Shown: piece after piece, positions 40,384-50,499 of the stretch
Layout: every line of letters begins with the position of its first letter
How positions within the stretch are numbered: position 1 is the stretch's first letter
Origin: Mycobacterium sp.
GTDB lineage: Bacteria > Actinomycetota > Actinomycetes > Mycobacteriales > Mycobacteriaceae
Length of the DNA: 64,000 nucleotides
Assembly (NCBI GenBank): GCA_025966225.1
Contig: JAOPVI010000048.1
Location: 12,138-76,137, forward strand
Direction: 5' to 3'
Made by a program: the position numbers and the translations under genes
Notes under the pieces: generated by a model
What the model was told of the DNA's origin: nothing
Seen by the model: only the letters and a program-made list of their open reading frames with translations
The model's database searches: none

Positions 40384-42024
40384 GTGCACGCAGCAACGCT
40401 AAGCGTCCCCGCGGCCCGATACGGTGATGGCGTGACGACCAGGACGCTATCGATCGGGCGAATCTCCGCATTCGTCCGCTGGGTCGCGCGCACACCCTGG
40501 CCGGTGTTCTCGCTGGGCATGTTGCAGTCCGACATCATCGGCGCCCTGTTCGTGCTGGGCTTTCTCCGATTCGGGCTGCCTCCCGAGGACCGCATCCAGC
40601 TGCAGGACCTGCCTGCCGCCAACTTGGCGGTCTTCCTCGGTTACCTGTTCGTTTCGTTCACCGCGGGCGTGTGGCTCAGCCTGCGCCTGTTGATTCCGGT
40701 AATCCGCTGGCAGCGCACCGACACCCTGCTCGGCGGTGGTGACCCCGCGATGACCGAGTTGGCGCGGGTGCGGGCGCTGAGGATGCCGTACTACCGCTCG
40801 GTGATCAGCGTGTCGAACTGGTGCCTCGGCTCCATCGTCTTCATCGTGGCCAGCTGGCCCGTCGCCAGCCACTCCGCGCCCGTCGTCGCGGTGGCGACTG
40901 CGCTCGGTGCGACGGCCACGGCGATCATCGGGTACCTGCAGTCCGAGCGGGTGCTGCGGCCGGTCGCCGTCGCAGCGCTACGCGGCGGGGTGCCGGAGAC
41001 GTTCCGCGCGCCCGGCGTGATCCAGCGTCAGGTGCTGGCGTGGGTGCTGTCCACCGGCGTGCCGATCCTGGCGATCGTGTTGGCGCTGGTCGCCAGCAAG
41101 TTCGAGATCCTGACCGCGCCCGCCGAGAAGCTCAACACGCCGATCCTGCTGCTCGCGGTCTTCGCGCTCGTCATCGGACTGGCCGGGACGGTGCTGGTCG
41201 CCATGTCGATCGCCGACCCGCTACGCCAATTGCGTTGGGCACTCGGCGAAGTGCAACGCGGCAACTACAACGCGCACATGCAGATCTACGATGCCAGTGA
41301 GCTGGGCCTGCTCCAAGCGGGCTTCAACGACATGGTGCGCGATCTGGCCGAGCGGCAACGGCTTCGCGACCTGTTCGGCCGTTACGTCGGTGAAGACGTG
41401 GCCCGCCGTGCGCTGGAGCGCGGCACGGAGCTAGGCGGCCAGGAACGCGAGGTCGCCGTGCTGTTCGTCGACCTCGTCGGCTCCACGCAGCTGGCGTCCA
41501 CCAAGCCGGCGTCCGAGGTCGTCAGCCTGCTCAACGAGTTCTTCCGCGTCATCGTCGACACCGTCCACCGGCACGGTGGATTCGTCAACAAGTTCCAGGG
41601 CGACGCGGCGCTGGCCATCTTCGGAGCACCCATCGAACACCCCGACGCCTCGGGCGCCGCGCTCGCCGCCTCGCGTGAACTGCACGACGACCTCATAGAA
41701 GTTTTGGGGCAGACCGACTTCGGCATCGGGGTGTCGGCAGGCCGCGCGATCGCAGGCCACATCGGCGCCCTGGCCCGCTTCGAGTACACGGTCATCGGCG
41801 ACCCCGTCAACGAGGCGGCCAGGCTCACCGAGTTGGCCAAGCTTGAAAGCGGCCACGTGCTGGCGTCGGCCATCGCCGTCAGCGGAGCGCTCGACGCCGA
41901 GGCACTGTGTTGGGACGTCGGCGAGATCGTCGAATTGCGCGGCCGCTCGGCACCCACCCAGCTCGCCCGGCCGGTGAATCTGGCTGTCCCGGAAGAGCTT
42001 CCGAGTCAGGTGCAGAGCAACTAG
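40384..42024 (+). CDS. membrane-anchored class III adenylate cyclase (6TM-HAMP-cyclase, Rv3645-like)
   Basis: ORF of 546 aa with N-terminal TM helices, a HAMP-like linker and the cyclase core VAVLFVDLVGST...FQGDAALAIFGAP. The exact start is uncertain; an in-frame GTG giving VTTRTL lies shortly downstream. Confidence 0.86.
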   Translation: MHAATLSVPAARYGDGVTTRTLSIGRISAFVRWVARTPWPVFSLGMLQSDIIGALFVLGFLRFGLPPEDRIQLQDLPAANLAVFLGYLFVSFTAGVWLSLRLLIPVIRWQRTDTLLGGGDPAMTELARVRALRMPYYRSVISVSNWCLGSIVFIVASWPVASHSAPVVAVATALGATATAIIGYLQSERVLRPVAVAALRGGVPETFRAPGVIQRQVLAWVLSTGVPILAIVLALVASKFEILTAPAEKLNTPILLLAVFALVIGLAGTVLVAMSIADPLRQLRWALGEVQRGNYNAHMQIYDASELGLLQAGFNDMVRDLAERQRLRDLFGRYVGEDVARRALERGTELGGQEREVAVLFVDLVGSTQLASTKPASEVVSLLNEFFRVIVDTVHRHGGFVNKFQGDAALAIFGAPIEHPDASGAALAASRELHDDLIEVLGQTDFGIGVSAGRAIAGHIGALARFEYTVIGDPVNEAARLTELAKLESGHVLASAIAVSGALDAEALCWDVGEIVELRGRSAPTQLARPVNLAVPEELPSQVQSN

Positions 42025-42130
42025 CTCCTAGCGTGTTCGGCGACTTGTGTGTCAGAGCTGCGAGTAGTCAGAACCGTCGGGCAGAATTCGACGAATTCAC
42101 TTGGTGCCGGCGACCTCGCATGCCGTCGAG

Positions 42131-44926
42131 CTAGGCCTTCTTCGCAGCCTTCTTCGCGGGGGCCTTCTTGGCGGCCTTCTTCGCAGGCGACTTCTTCGCG
42201 GCCTTCTTCGCCGGGCCACGCGCCCGCCGGTCGGCGAGCAGTTCGGACGCCCTCCCGTCGGTGATCGACATGACGTCGTCGCCCTTGCGCAGGCTGGCGT
42301 TGGTCTCGCCGTCGGTGACGTACGGTCCGAACCGGCCGTCCTTGATCACCATCGGCTTCTCGGACACGGGGTCGTTGCCCAGTTCGCGCAGCGGCGGAGT
42401 GGCTGCGCCCTGGCGGCCGCGTCGCTTTGGCTCGGCGTAGATCTTCAGCGCCTCGTCGAGCGTGACGGTGAACATCTGCTCTTCGGTGGCCAATGAGCGA
42501 GAATCGGTGCCGCGCTTCAGATACGGCCCATAGCGGCCGTTCAGTGCGGTGATCTCCTCACCGTTGGCCGGATCGACGCCGACGACGCGCGGCAGCGACA
42601 GCAGCCTCAGCGCATCCTCGAGCGTGATGGTCTCCAGATCCATGGTGCGCAGCAATGAGCCGGTGCGCGGCTTGGGACCGGTCGGCTTCTTGCCCTTCTT
42701 GGCCGGCGCGCCGTCCTCGGGCTCCTCGGGCGGCGCGGGCAGCACCTCGGTGACATACGGCCCGTAGCGTCCGTCCTTGGCGACGACCTCGTGTCCGGAG
42801 ACCGGGTCGACACCAAGCGAGCGACCCTCCTGCGGTGTGGCGAAAGCCTTTTCGGCAAGTTCGAGCGTCAGCTCGTCCGGCGTCAGGTCGTCGCTGAGGT
42901 TGGCCCGCTGCGGCGTCGGTTCCCCGTCGTCACCCAGAATCATCCGCTCGAGATACGGGCCATTGCGGCCGACGCGCACGTTGACCGCGCGTCCCTCCGA
43001 GTCGTCGAACAGCTTGATGGAGTTGACCAACCGAGCGTCGATCTCTTCGAGATTTCCGCCGACGAGCTTCTTGAGTCCACCGGCGCGAGCGATGGAGCCG
43101 TCGACGCCGTGTTCGCCACCGAAGTAGAAGTTGTTGAGCCAGTTGGTCCGTTGCTCGTTACCCGAGGCGATCTCGTCGAGTTCGTCCTCCATTGCGGCCG
43201 TGAAGTCGTAGTCGACCAACCGTCCGAAGTGCTGTTCGAGCAACCCGGTGACGGCGAACGCGACCCACGACGGCACCAGGGCACTGCCCTTCTTGTGCAC
43301 GTAGCCGCGGTCCTGAATCGTCTTGATGATCGACGAATACGTCGATGGGCGACCGATTCCCAGGTCCTCGAGCGCCTTGATCAACGACGCCTCGGTGTAG
43401 CGGGCAGGCGGGCTGGTGGTGTGGCCGTCGGCCGTCAGGCCGGTCGCGTCGACGCGCTGGCCCTGAGTGAGATTGGGCAGTCTGCTCTCGGCGTCGTCGG
43501 CCTCGCCGCCGGCCTGCTCGTCGAGGCTCTCGACGTAGGCCTTCAGGAAGCCCGCGAACGTGATGGTGCGACCACTGGCGTTGAACACGACCTGCTCGCC
43601 GGACCTGGCAGTGCCCGAAATACGAAGGGAGAGCGTGGTTCCGCGGGCATCGGCCATCTGCGAGGCCACCGTCCGCTGCCAGATGAGTTCGTAGAGCCGG
43701 AACTCGTCGGAATCGAGCGCGCTGTGCAGCTGGCCAGGCGTCTGGAACACGTCACCCGCGGGTCGGATGGCCTCGTGCGACTCCTGGGCGTTCTTCACCT
43801 TGCGCGTGTACTGCCGCGGCGACGGATGCACGTACTCCTGGCCATAAAGCTGCCCGGCCTGGTTGCGCGCCGCGGTGATGGCCGACTCCGACAACGTCGT
43901 CGAGTCGGTACGCATGTAGGTGATGTAGCCGTTCTCGTAGAGCCGCTGCGCGATGCTCATGGTGCGCTCCGACGAGAAGCGCAGCTTGCGGCCGGCCTCC
44001 TGCTGCAGCGTCGACGTCATGAACGGCGGGTAGGGCTTGCGCGTGTACGGCTTCTGCTCCACCGACGACACCGTCAGCTGCGCGCCGCGCACGCCGCTGG
44101 CAAGCGCGGTCGCCGCAGCTTCGTCCAGCACCAGCACTTCGTCGGGCTTCTTGACCGCACCCACCGAGTCGAAGTCGCGTCCGCTCGCGACGCGGCGCCC
44201 GTCGACCAGGTTGAGCTTCGCCGTGAACTTCGGCGGCGAGGCTTCCGGGTCCGACACGCTGGCATCGAGTTCGGCGGTGACGTCCCAGTAGCCCGCGCTG
44301 CGGAACGCCATGCGCTCCCGTTCGCGCGAAACGATGATGCGGGTCGCGACGGACTGCACGCGGCCTGCCGACAGCTTCGGCGCGACCTTCTTCCACAGCA
44401 CCGGACTGACCTCGTAGCCGTACAGCCGGTCGAGGATGCGTCGCGTCTCCTGGGCGTCGACCAGGTCGATGTCCAAGTCGCGTGGGCTCGCCGCTGCGGC
44501 GAGGATCGCGGGCTCGGTGATCTCGTGGAACACCATCCGCTTGACCGGAACGGTCGGCTTGAGCGTCTCGAGCAGATGCCAGGCGATGGCCTCGCCCTCG
44601 CGGTCACCGTCGGTAGCGAGATAGAGCTCGTCGACGTCCTTGAGCAGGGCCTTGAGCTCGCTGACCGTGGACTTCTTGTCGGGACTGATGATGTAGAGCG
44701 GCTCGAAGTCGTCGTCGACGTTGACGCCCAGCCGCGCCCATGGCTCCGACTTGTACTTGGCCGGCACGTCCGCCGCCGCTCTCGGCAGGTCGCGAATGTG
44801 CCCGCGGGACGACTCGACGATGTAGTTGGCGCCCAGGTATTGGGCGATTTTGCGCGCCTTCGTGGGCGACTCGACTATGACGAGTCGCCGCACACGACCG
44901 TTGCCGCTGCCATCGTGGTCAGCCAA
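42131..44926 (-). CDS. topA: DNA topoisomerase I
   Basis: ORF of 931 aa with a Toprim N-terminus VIVESPTKARKI and the catalytic Tyr region GYITYMRTDS. The lysine/alanine-rich C-terminal tail is typical of mycobacterial TopA. Confidence 0.97.
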   Translation of the reverse strand: MADHDGSGNGRVRRLVIVESPTKARKIAQYLGANYIVESSRGHIRDLPRAAADVPAKYKSEPWARLGVNVDDDFEPLYIISPDKKSTVSELKALLKDVDELYLATDGDREGEAIAWHLLETLKPTVPVKRMVFHEITEPAILAAAASPRDLDIDLVDAQETRRILDRLYGYEVSPVLWKKVAPKLSAGRVQSVATRIIVSRERERMAFRSAGYWDVTAELDASVSDPEASPPKFTAKLNLVDGRRVASGRDFDSVGAVKKPDEVLVLDEAAATALASGVRGAQLTVSSVEQKPYTRKPYPPFMTSTLQQEAGRKLRFSSERTMSIAQRLYENGYITYMRTDSTTLSESAITAARNQAGQLYGQEYVHPSPRQYTRKVKNAQESHEAIRPAGDVFQTPGQLHSALDSDEFRLYELIWQRTVASQMADARGTTLSLRISGTARSGEQVVFNASGRTITFAGFLKAYVESLDEQAGGEADDAESRLPNLTQGQRVDATGLTADGHTTSPPARYTEASLIKALEDLGIGRPSTYSSIIKTIQDRGYVHKKGSALVPSWVAFAVTGLLEQHFGRLVDYDFTAAMEDELDEIASGNEQRTNWLNNFYFGGEHGVDGSIARAGGLKKLVGGNLEEIDARLVNSIKLFDDSEGRAVNVRVGRNGPYLERMILGDDGEPTPQRANLSDDLTPDELTLELAEKAFATPQEGRSLGVDPVSGHEVVAKDGRYGPYVTEVLPAPPEEPEDGAPAKKGKKPTGPKPRTGSLLRTMDLETITLEDALRLLSLPRVVGVDPANGEEITALNGRYGPYLKRGTDSRSLATEEQMFTVTLDEALKIYAEPKRRGRQGAATPPLRELGNDPVSEKPMVIKDGRFGPYVTDGETNASLRKGDDVMSITDGRASELLADRRARGPAKKAAKKSPAKKAAKKAPAKKAAKKA

Positions 44927-45059
44927 CTGTGTCTACGCTCCACTTCTTTGCCGCCACTTGACACCCGACGACGCGTCCGGGATCGGATTCGCCCAATGGC
45001 AAGGGACAATTTCGCATTCTGGGCGGGACTACGCAAACTGGATCGCCGCAAGGTCGACG

Positions 45060-45650
45060 TCAAGTGCGTGGCCATTGCAGGAACGCGTCGGTGTCACCCG
45101 GGGGTTCCCCTACGTTCTCTACCAGCCGCGATAGCCTTCTTCGACCACTGATTCGCAGGGCTGGGTGCGTGCCGCGCGTACCAATCAAGGTCGGGGCGAT
45201 TCCCACCCGCATCATCGCCGATGCGAGGGCCGAGTGCGTGTCTGGCGCGTGAGGGTCGAGCCCGAGCAGATAGCGGTCGGCCTCTGGGGTGCCTGCGGCC
45301 AACGTCCACGCCCGCAACTCCCTGGGGCCAGGTAACCACTGCGGAGGCACCGTCTTGACCGCTCCGCGCGTCCACTGAGCCGCAATGTCGGTCAATCGGG
45401 CGTCCACCGCCGTCCGGACCAGTGGGGTGTTCTCGTCGGTACGTGCGAGCTCGGGCTGCAGGCCTGCCTCCGCGATCATCTCGGCGAGCGCCTCGGCGCG
45501 CCACAGCCGGTCGACGACGACCGACAACCGGGCGCCCTGGTCCTTGCCCGAGCCGACCAGCACCACCTGGCCGGATGCGGCCAGCATGCCGGTCAAGTCG
45601 GCCACCGCAGGCGGCACCGACTCAGCCGAGAAGAAGGACAGCTGACTCAC
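45060..45650 (-). CDS. conserved hypothetical protein (Rv3647c-like)
   Basis: GTG at 45650 (VSQLSFFSAES...) gives 196 aa. Codon usage is consistent with coding. The call rests on remembered synteny between topA and the helicase. Confidence 0.6.
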   Translation of the reverse strand: MSQLSFFSAESVPPAVADLTGMLAASGQVVLVGSGKDQGARLSVVVDRLWRAEALAEMIAEAGLQPELARTDENTPLVRTAVDARLTDIAAQWTRGAVKTVPPQWLPGPRELRAWTLAAGTPEADRYLLGLDPHAPDTHSALASAMMRVGIAPTLIGTRGTHPALRISGRRRLSRLVENVGEPPGDTDAFLQWPRT

Positions 45651-45815
45651 GAAGGTGACACTAGGGCAGCGACCGACTTGGATGGAGCCGCCTTGCCGTC
45701 TCCCGAGGTCGATTTCGGTGTCGGCCGCCGCGGAACGCAAATCCGGCTCGTTTCCTCTACTACTTCGGAGAACTGCGCGACGGGTTGCGACCATCGTGTA
45801 GTCGACAATTCATTC

Positions 45816-45821
45816 AGGAGG
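45816..45821 (+). promoter_or_regulatory. Shine-Dalgarno AGGAGG for the helicase gene
   Basis: AGGAGG lies 6 nt upstream of the GTG at 45828. Confidence 0.6.
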
Positions 45822-45827
45822 CTGTCC

Positions 45828-48158
45828 GTGTCGCGTGGAGGGTCGGACTTCGGCCGCGAGCTACTCGCTTGCGCGGTCGACGGGACCGACGCCGAAGAGC
45901 ACCCGTTGCGCCACGTCTCTGACCTCGCTCCGAGGCCAGCCAGTGCGCGGCCGTGGCCACGGTGGGCCGACCCGGACGTCGTGCGCGCGTTCGTCGAGCG
46001 CGGCATCGCCGAACCGTGGTCGCATCAGGTGGCAGCCGCCGACCTCGCCCATTCGGGCCGCCACGTCGTGCTCAGCACCGGCACCGCGTCCGGTAAGTCG
46101 CTGGCCTACCAGCTGCCAATCCTCTGCGCGATGACCGCCGATCCCCGGGCGCGCGCCCTGTACCTGGCGCCGACGAAGGCGCTCGGCCACGACCAGTTGC
46201 GCACGGCCCAAGCCCTGACCACCACGATCGAGCGACTCGCCGACGTGGCACCAAGTCCGTACGACGGGGACTGCAGCACCGAGGCCAGGCGCTTCGCGAG
46301 GGAGCGGTCGCGGTGGATCTTCTCCAACCCCGACATGATCCACCTGTCGCTGTTGCGAAACCACGCCCGCTGGGCGGTGTTCCTGCGCAATCTTCGATTC
46401 ATCGTCGTTGACGAATGCCATTACTACCGTGGCATTTTCGGATCCAACGTGGCGCTGGTACTGCGCCGTCTGATGCGACTGTGTGCCCGTTACTCGGCAG
46501 GCGATGCTCCCGGGCCGACGGTGATCCTCGCCAGCGCGACGGCGTCCTCACCCGCGGCCACCGCCTCCGAACTGCTCGGGCAAGCCGTCACCGAGGTCAC
46601 CGAGGACGGCTCCCCGCAGGGCGGCCGCACGGTGGCACTCTGGGAGCCCGCACTGCGCACCGATCTGCTCGGCGAGAACGGCGCGCCGGTCCGCCGTTCG
46701 GCAGGAGCCGAAGCCGCCCGGGTGATGGCCGACCTGATGGTCGAGGGTGCCCGGACGCTGACCTTCGTCCGATCGCGACGCGGCGCGGAGCTCACCGCCC
46801 TCGGCGCACGGGCCCGCCTCGAGGACGTCGGACCGGAGCTCGTCGACCTGGTGGCGTCGTATCGGGCCGGATACCTGGCCGAAGACCGCCGAGAACTGGA
46901 AAGCGCGCTGGCCGAAGGACGGCTTCGGGGACTTGCCACGACCAACGCACTCGAACTGGGCGTGGACATCGCTGGCCTCGATGCGGTGGTGCTGGCCGGC
47001 TTCCCAGGAACGGTCGCCTCGTTCTGGCAACAGGCGGGCCGGGCCGGGCGGAGGGGCCAGAGCGCGCTGATCGTCATGATCGCGCGCGACGATCCGCTGG
47101 ACACCTACCTGGTCAACCATCCGGCCGCACTGCTCGGCAAGCCGCTCGAACGGGTCGTCATCGATCCGAGCAACCCGTACGTCCTTGGTCCGCAATTACT
47201 TTGCGCAGCTGCCGAACTCCCGCTCACCGACGCAGAGGTGCGGACGTGGAACGCCGAGTCCGTCGCCGAGTCGCTCGTCGACGACGGGCTGCTGCGGCGC
47301 AGACCCACCGGCTACTTCCCCACTCCTGGCGTCGATCCGCATCCCGCGGTGGACATCCGCGGGTCCGGCGGCGGCCAGATCGCGATAGTCGAAGCGGAGA
47401 CGGGCCGACTGTTGGGTAGCACCGGCGCGGGCCAGGCGCCTTCCTCGATACACCCGGGCGCGGTCTACCTGCACCGCGGCGAGAGTTACGTGGTCGACTC
47501 ACTCGACTTCGAAGGCGGCCTCGCGTTCGTTCATGCCGAAGATCCCGGCTACGCGACGTCGGCCAGGGAACTCACGGACGTCTCGGTATCGGGCCCCGGC
47601 GAGCGGCACACCGTGGGGCACGTGACGACGGGGCTGGTGCCGGTATCGGTGAGCCACACCGTGATTGGCTACCTGCGGCGACGACTCAACGGGGAAGTCA
47701 TCGACTTCGTCGAACTCGACATGCCGACCCAGACCCTGGAGACGGTAGCCGTGATGTGCACGATCACCCCGGAAGCACTGCAGGACAACGGTATCGATCC
47801 GCTCCGCTTCCCAGGAGCACTGCACGCCGCCGAGCACGCGGCCATCGGATTACTGCCCCTGGTCGCCAGCTGCGACCGCGGCGACATCGGCGGGGTGTCG
47901 ATGGCCGTCGGCCCCGATGGCCTGCCGACCATATTCGTCTACGACGGCCATCCGGGAGGTGCGGGATTCGCGGAGCGAGGCTTCCGGGAGCTCGCCGTGT
48001 GGTGGGACGCGACCGCGGCGGCGATCGAAGCGTGCGAGTGCCAACACGGTTGCCCGTCGTGCGTCCAGTCGCCGAAGTGCGGCAATGGCAACGAACCCTT
48101 GGACAAGGCGGGCGCAATCCGCGTGCTGCGTCTGGTGCTCGGCGAGCTGGAACTGTGA
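45828..48158 (+). CDS. DEAD/DEAH (DECH)-box helicase with C-terminal DUF1998 zinc-cysteine module (Rv3649/MrfA-like)
   Basis: GTG at 45828 follows an SD sequence and gives 776 aa. Motif I is STGTASGKSLAY, motif II is VVDECHYYRG, and the C-terminal Cys4 module is CECQHGCPSCVQSPKCGNGN. Confidence 0.9.
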   Translation: MSRGGSDFGRELLACAVDGTDAEEHPLRHVSDLAPRPASARPWPRWADPDVVRAFVERGIAEPWSHQVAAADLAHSGRHVVLSTGTASGKSLAYQLPILCAMTADPRARALYLAPTKALGHDQLRTAQALTTTIERLADVAPSPYDGDCSTEARRFARERSRWIFSNPDMIHLSLLRNHARWAVFLRNLRFIVVDECHYYRGIFGSNVALVLRRLMRLCARYSAGDAPGPTVILASATASSPAATASELLGQAVTEVTEDGSPQGGRTVALWEPALRTDLLGENGAPVRRSAGAEAARVMADLMVEGARTLTFVRSRRGAELTALGARARLEDVGPELVDLVASYRAGYLAEDRRELESALAEGRLRGLATTNALELGVDIAGLDAVVLAGFPGTVASFWQQAGRAGRRGQSALIVMIARDDPLDTYLVNHPAALLGKPLERVVIDPSNPYVLGPQLLCAAAELPLTDAEVRTWNAESVAESLVDDGLLRRRPTGYFPTPGVDPHPAVDIRGSGGGQIAIVEAETGRLLGSTGAGQAPSSIHPGAVYLHRGESYVVDSLDFEGGLAFVHAEDPGYATSARELTDVSVSGPGERHTVGHVTTGLVPVSVSHTVIGYLRRRLNGEVIDFVELDMPTQTLETVAVMCTITPEALQDNGIDPLRFPGALHAAEHAAIGLLPLVASCDRGDIGGVSMAVGPDGLPTIFVYDGHPGGAGFAERGFRELAVWWDATAAAIEACECQHGCPSCVQSPKCGNGNEPLDKAGAIRVLRLVLGELEL

Positions 48159-48489
48159 GCTGAGCTCGAGAAGCGCGGGACTTGAATCCGTCCGCGACAG
48201 CGACCGACCCCTCGACAGTCGCCTCCACGAATTGGCGCGGGCTACCACCCACCGGCACGCCGAGCACTCAGACAATTGCGAAGAACGGTCGGACAACGCG
48301 ATCCGTTCCTAGTCCCGAAAGCTCGGGCTCACCGGAAAAATACCGTGTCGCCGCTGCTAGACGCAACTTTGCGATGCCCGCCGTTCGGACCAACTGTTTG
48401 GCTGAACCCGCAGCTAGCAGCGCATTCCTACGGAATTCGTCGGCCCTGGCGCTACTGGAAGGCAATCACCTGAACGGTAGGATGGCGCC

Positions 48490-49566
48490 ATGACCCACGA
48501 CTGGCTCCTCGTGGAGACGCTCGGCACCGAGCCAGCCGTAGTAGCCCAGGGCAATTCCACCAAGAATCTGGTTCCAATCAGCGCCTTTCTTCGGCGCAAC
48601 CCCAACCTGATGGCGATCCAGACAGCCATCGGAGAGACGGTCCGGGCCGGTCACGCGCTCAGCAGCATCACGCCGAAACACGACCGCGTGATTCGCACCG
48701 AGGTCGTCCAGATGATCGACGGCCGGGTTCACGGCGTCCACGTCTGGATCGGCCCGCCCGACGAAGAACCGCCGGATCGGCTCATCCCCGGTCCGCTCAA
48801 GTGGGATCTGACCAATGGGATCGCCACCGATACGCGCGAGTCGTTGTCGAACAGCGGTCGCGATCCGTCCACCGAGGCCACCCATGGTCGGGCGTTCGCC
48901 GAGGACCTGCCGACCCGCGATCTGAACGCCAGTGAGGCGCACGTCCTTTCGGTCGCCATCAAGCCCGAACCCGGCCGCTCCTTCTGTAGTACGTGGGACA
49001 TCACCGACCACGTGGGCACGCCCATCACGGTGGGATTCGTCGCGCGGGTGATGCTCGAGAGTGACGACGGCGGTCCCGAGATCTTGATGTGCCGGGCAAT
49101 GAATTGGCGTAGCGAGCGGGATGAATCTGGCGTCCCACCAATTGATCTCGCGCGAAGGTTCTTGAATGGGCCGGCCCAGCCCGGCGTGCACCGCGCCCTG
49201 GTCGACCTGCGGACCTGGACCCTGCTCAAGTGGCTCGACGACCCGTGCCCGTTCTACGACTGGCGGGCCAGGGAAGAGGACGAATCCGTCGTACACCCGG
49301 ACGACGCAGCCGCAATGGCGTCCATGACGACGGAATTCGATGGAGGCGCGGCGTCCCGGGTACTGCGGTTGAGGGCCAACGGCGGCGGATGGACGCCCAT
49401 CCACGTCACCGCGCACCGCGTCGAACTCGAAGAGGGAATCTTCGCGGGCATGCTGTCGCTGCGGTTACCGACGCAGGACGAACTGAACAGCCCCGCCGAC
49501 GCCGCGCCGGCCAAGCCACGCAAGGTCCGCGCACGCAAGGCGAAGGACGAGGCCGCGCAAGCCTAG
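48490..49566 (+). CDS. Rv3651-like protein (PAS/GAF-like folds, DUF5593 type)
   Basis: ORF of 358 aa with coding-like composition and a basic K/R/A tail. Assigned from its position between the helicase and the Tad genes. Confidence 0.62.
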   Translation: MTHDWLLVETLGTEPAVVAQGNSTKNLVPISAFLRRNPNLMAIQTAIGETVRAGHALSSITPKHDRVIRTEVVQMIDGRVHGVHVWIGPPDEEPPDRLIPGPLKWDLTNGIATDTRESLSNSGRDPSTEATHGRAFAEDLPTRDLNASEAHVLSVAIKPEPGRSFCSTWDITDHVGTPITVGFVARVMLESDDGGPEILMCRAMNWRSERDESGVPPIDLARRFLNGPAQPGVHRALVDLRTWTLLKWLDDPCPFYDWRAREEDESVVHPDDAAAMASMTTEFDGGAASRVLRLRANGGGWTPIHVTAHRVELEEGIFAGMLSLRLPTQDELNSPADAAPAKPRKVRARKAKDEAAQA

Positions 49567-49889
49567 CGCGGTGTGTCGGTAGGGCCCGCGCGAGCCTGCG
49601 CACGGGCTGAGCCAACCCCCCATCTACCAAGCTCCACGCGGACGTCCACGCCGACGACGACGTCGAGCTGCTCCACGCGGCAGGTCGTGATCGTGGACCG
49701 CATCGCGCCCGCCACTGACGAGGCCGCCGCGCACGCCGCAGCACTCCCCGATGCGAGTCGACCGGCTGCGGCCAGCGCGGCCAGATCTGCGGCCGCCTGC
49801 GCTCGGTGACGGGCGACCACTGCCGTGCCGAACACCATGACGTCCAATGCAATCGACATCAGAAGTGCCAACATCGCGACCGCCACCAC
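49563..49889 (-). CDS. TadE-like pseudopilin (Rv3654c-like)
   Basis: The frame is that of ORF 49563..50219, but only the 3' part is credible. It reads (V)VAVAMLALLMSIALDVMVFGTAVVARHRAQAAADLAALAAA, a hydrophobic N-terminal helix. Start is GTG at 49889 or 49886, or ATG at 49874. Confidence 0.58.
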   Translation of the reverse strand: MVAVAMLALLMSIALDVMVFGTAVVARHRAQAAADLAALAAAGRLASGSAAACAAASSVAGAMRSTITTCRVEQLDVVVGVDVRVELGRWGVGSARAQARAGPTDTPR

Positions 49890-49905
49890 GGTGGCCGAGC
49901 CGCGC

Positions 49906-50235
49906 TCAGCCGCCCGGTTCGCGGGCGGCCACCGCCTCTGCCGCGATGCGCACGCGCAGCCACAGCGCCGGGCTCGCGCTGACACGTGCGACCACGTAGT
50001 CGCCGTCGCGCCGAAGTTCCAGTAGTGCGCCCGCGGGCCCGATCCTGTGGGCCGCGTCCACCGCGGCGCCCTCGTCACCCCTGGCGGCCAATCGCGCTGC
50101 CTCCCTCGCAGAATCGACGCAACGCAGCTGGACAGCCATCGCCGACGCACCGGCCAATCCTGCGACCAGCACCACCGCCAGCGACGCGATCGCGAACGCC
50201 GCCTCGACCGTGGCGCCACCGGCAGTTCCGCTCAG
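49906..50235 (-). CDS. TadE-like pseudopilin (Rv3655c-like), no canonical start codon found
   Basis: The frame contains GGATVEAAFAIASLAVVLVAGLAG, a TadE-type N-terminus. No in-frame ATG, GTG or TTG lies between the flp stop and this motif. The coordinates use CTG at 50235. Confidence 0.5.
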   Translation of the reverse strand: MSGTAGGATVEAAFAIASLAVVLVAGLAGASAMAVQLRCVDSAREAARLAARGDEGAAVDAAHRIGPAGALLELRRDGDYVVARVSASPALWLRVRIAAEAVAAREPGG

Positions 50236-50435
50236 ACATTGGTGTTGAGCGCCCTGGTGATGATGTTCGTCAGCGCCGTCACGATGGAGTCCCCGGTGAC
50301 CACGCTGTACAAGATCGCACCGAAGGCGGCCGCGGCGATGGTGCCGATCGCGTACTCGACCGTAGACATTCCGGATTCGTCCACCCACAACAGTTCCAGC
50401 CGTCCGCGCAATCGGCGAAATGTGTTTCCCATCAT
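50232..50435 (-). CDS. flp: Flp-family type IVb pilin
   Basis: The 67 aa read MMGNTFRRLRGRLELLWVDESGMSTVEYAIGTIAAAAFGAILYSVV, which contains the Flp processing motif G/xSTVEY. Confidence 0.82.
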   Translation of the reverse strand: MMGNTFRRLRGRLELLWVDESGMSTVEYAIGTIAAAAFGAILYSVVTGDSIVTALTNIITRALNTNV

Positions 50436-50499
50436 CGTCGTTCCTCCCCATGTTGCCTCCTGTGACCCGCGGACCGTCCGTGGGTCGACTGCCAAGCGC

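Noticed and set aside
42084-42098. 15-bp palindrome GAATTCGACGAATTC between the cyclase and topA 3' ends
   Set aside because: A 1-nt spacer precludes a hairpin. It lies between two 3' ends, so an operator role is unlikely. It could be chance.
42134-42235. Repetitive GCCTTCTTCGC-type DNA at the 3' end of topA
   Set aside because: It encodes the lysine/alanine-rich basic tail (KKAAKKAPAKKAAKKA) that is a known feature of mycobacterial topoisomerase I. It is not an independent repeat element.
42791-45151. 786-aa plus-strand ORF
   Set aside because: Antisense to topA.
49563-49566. CTAG shared by the stop codons of convergent Rv3651-like (TAG) and TadE-like (TAG) genes
   Set aside because: A curiosity of convergent gene packing. 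No functional implication can be supported.
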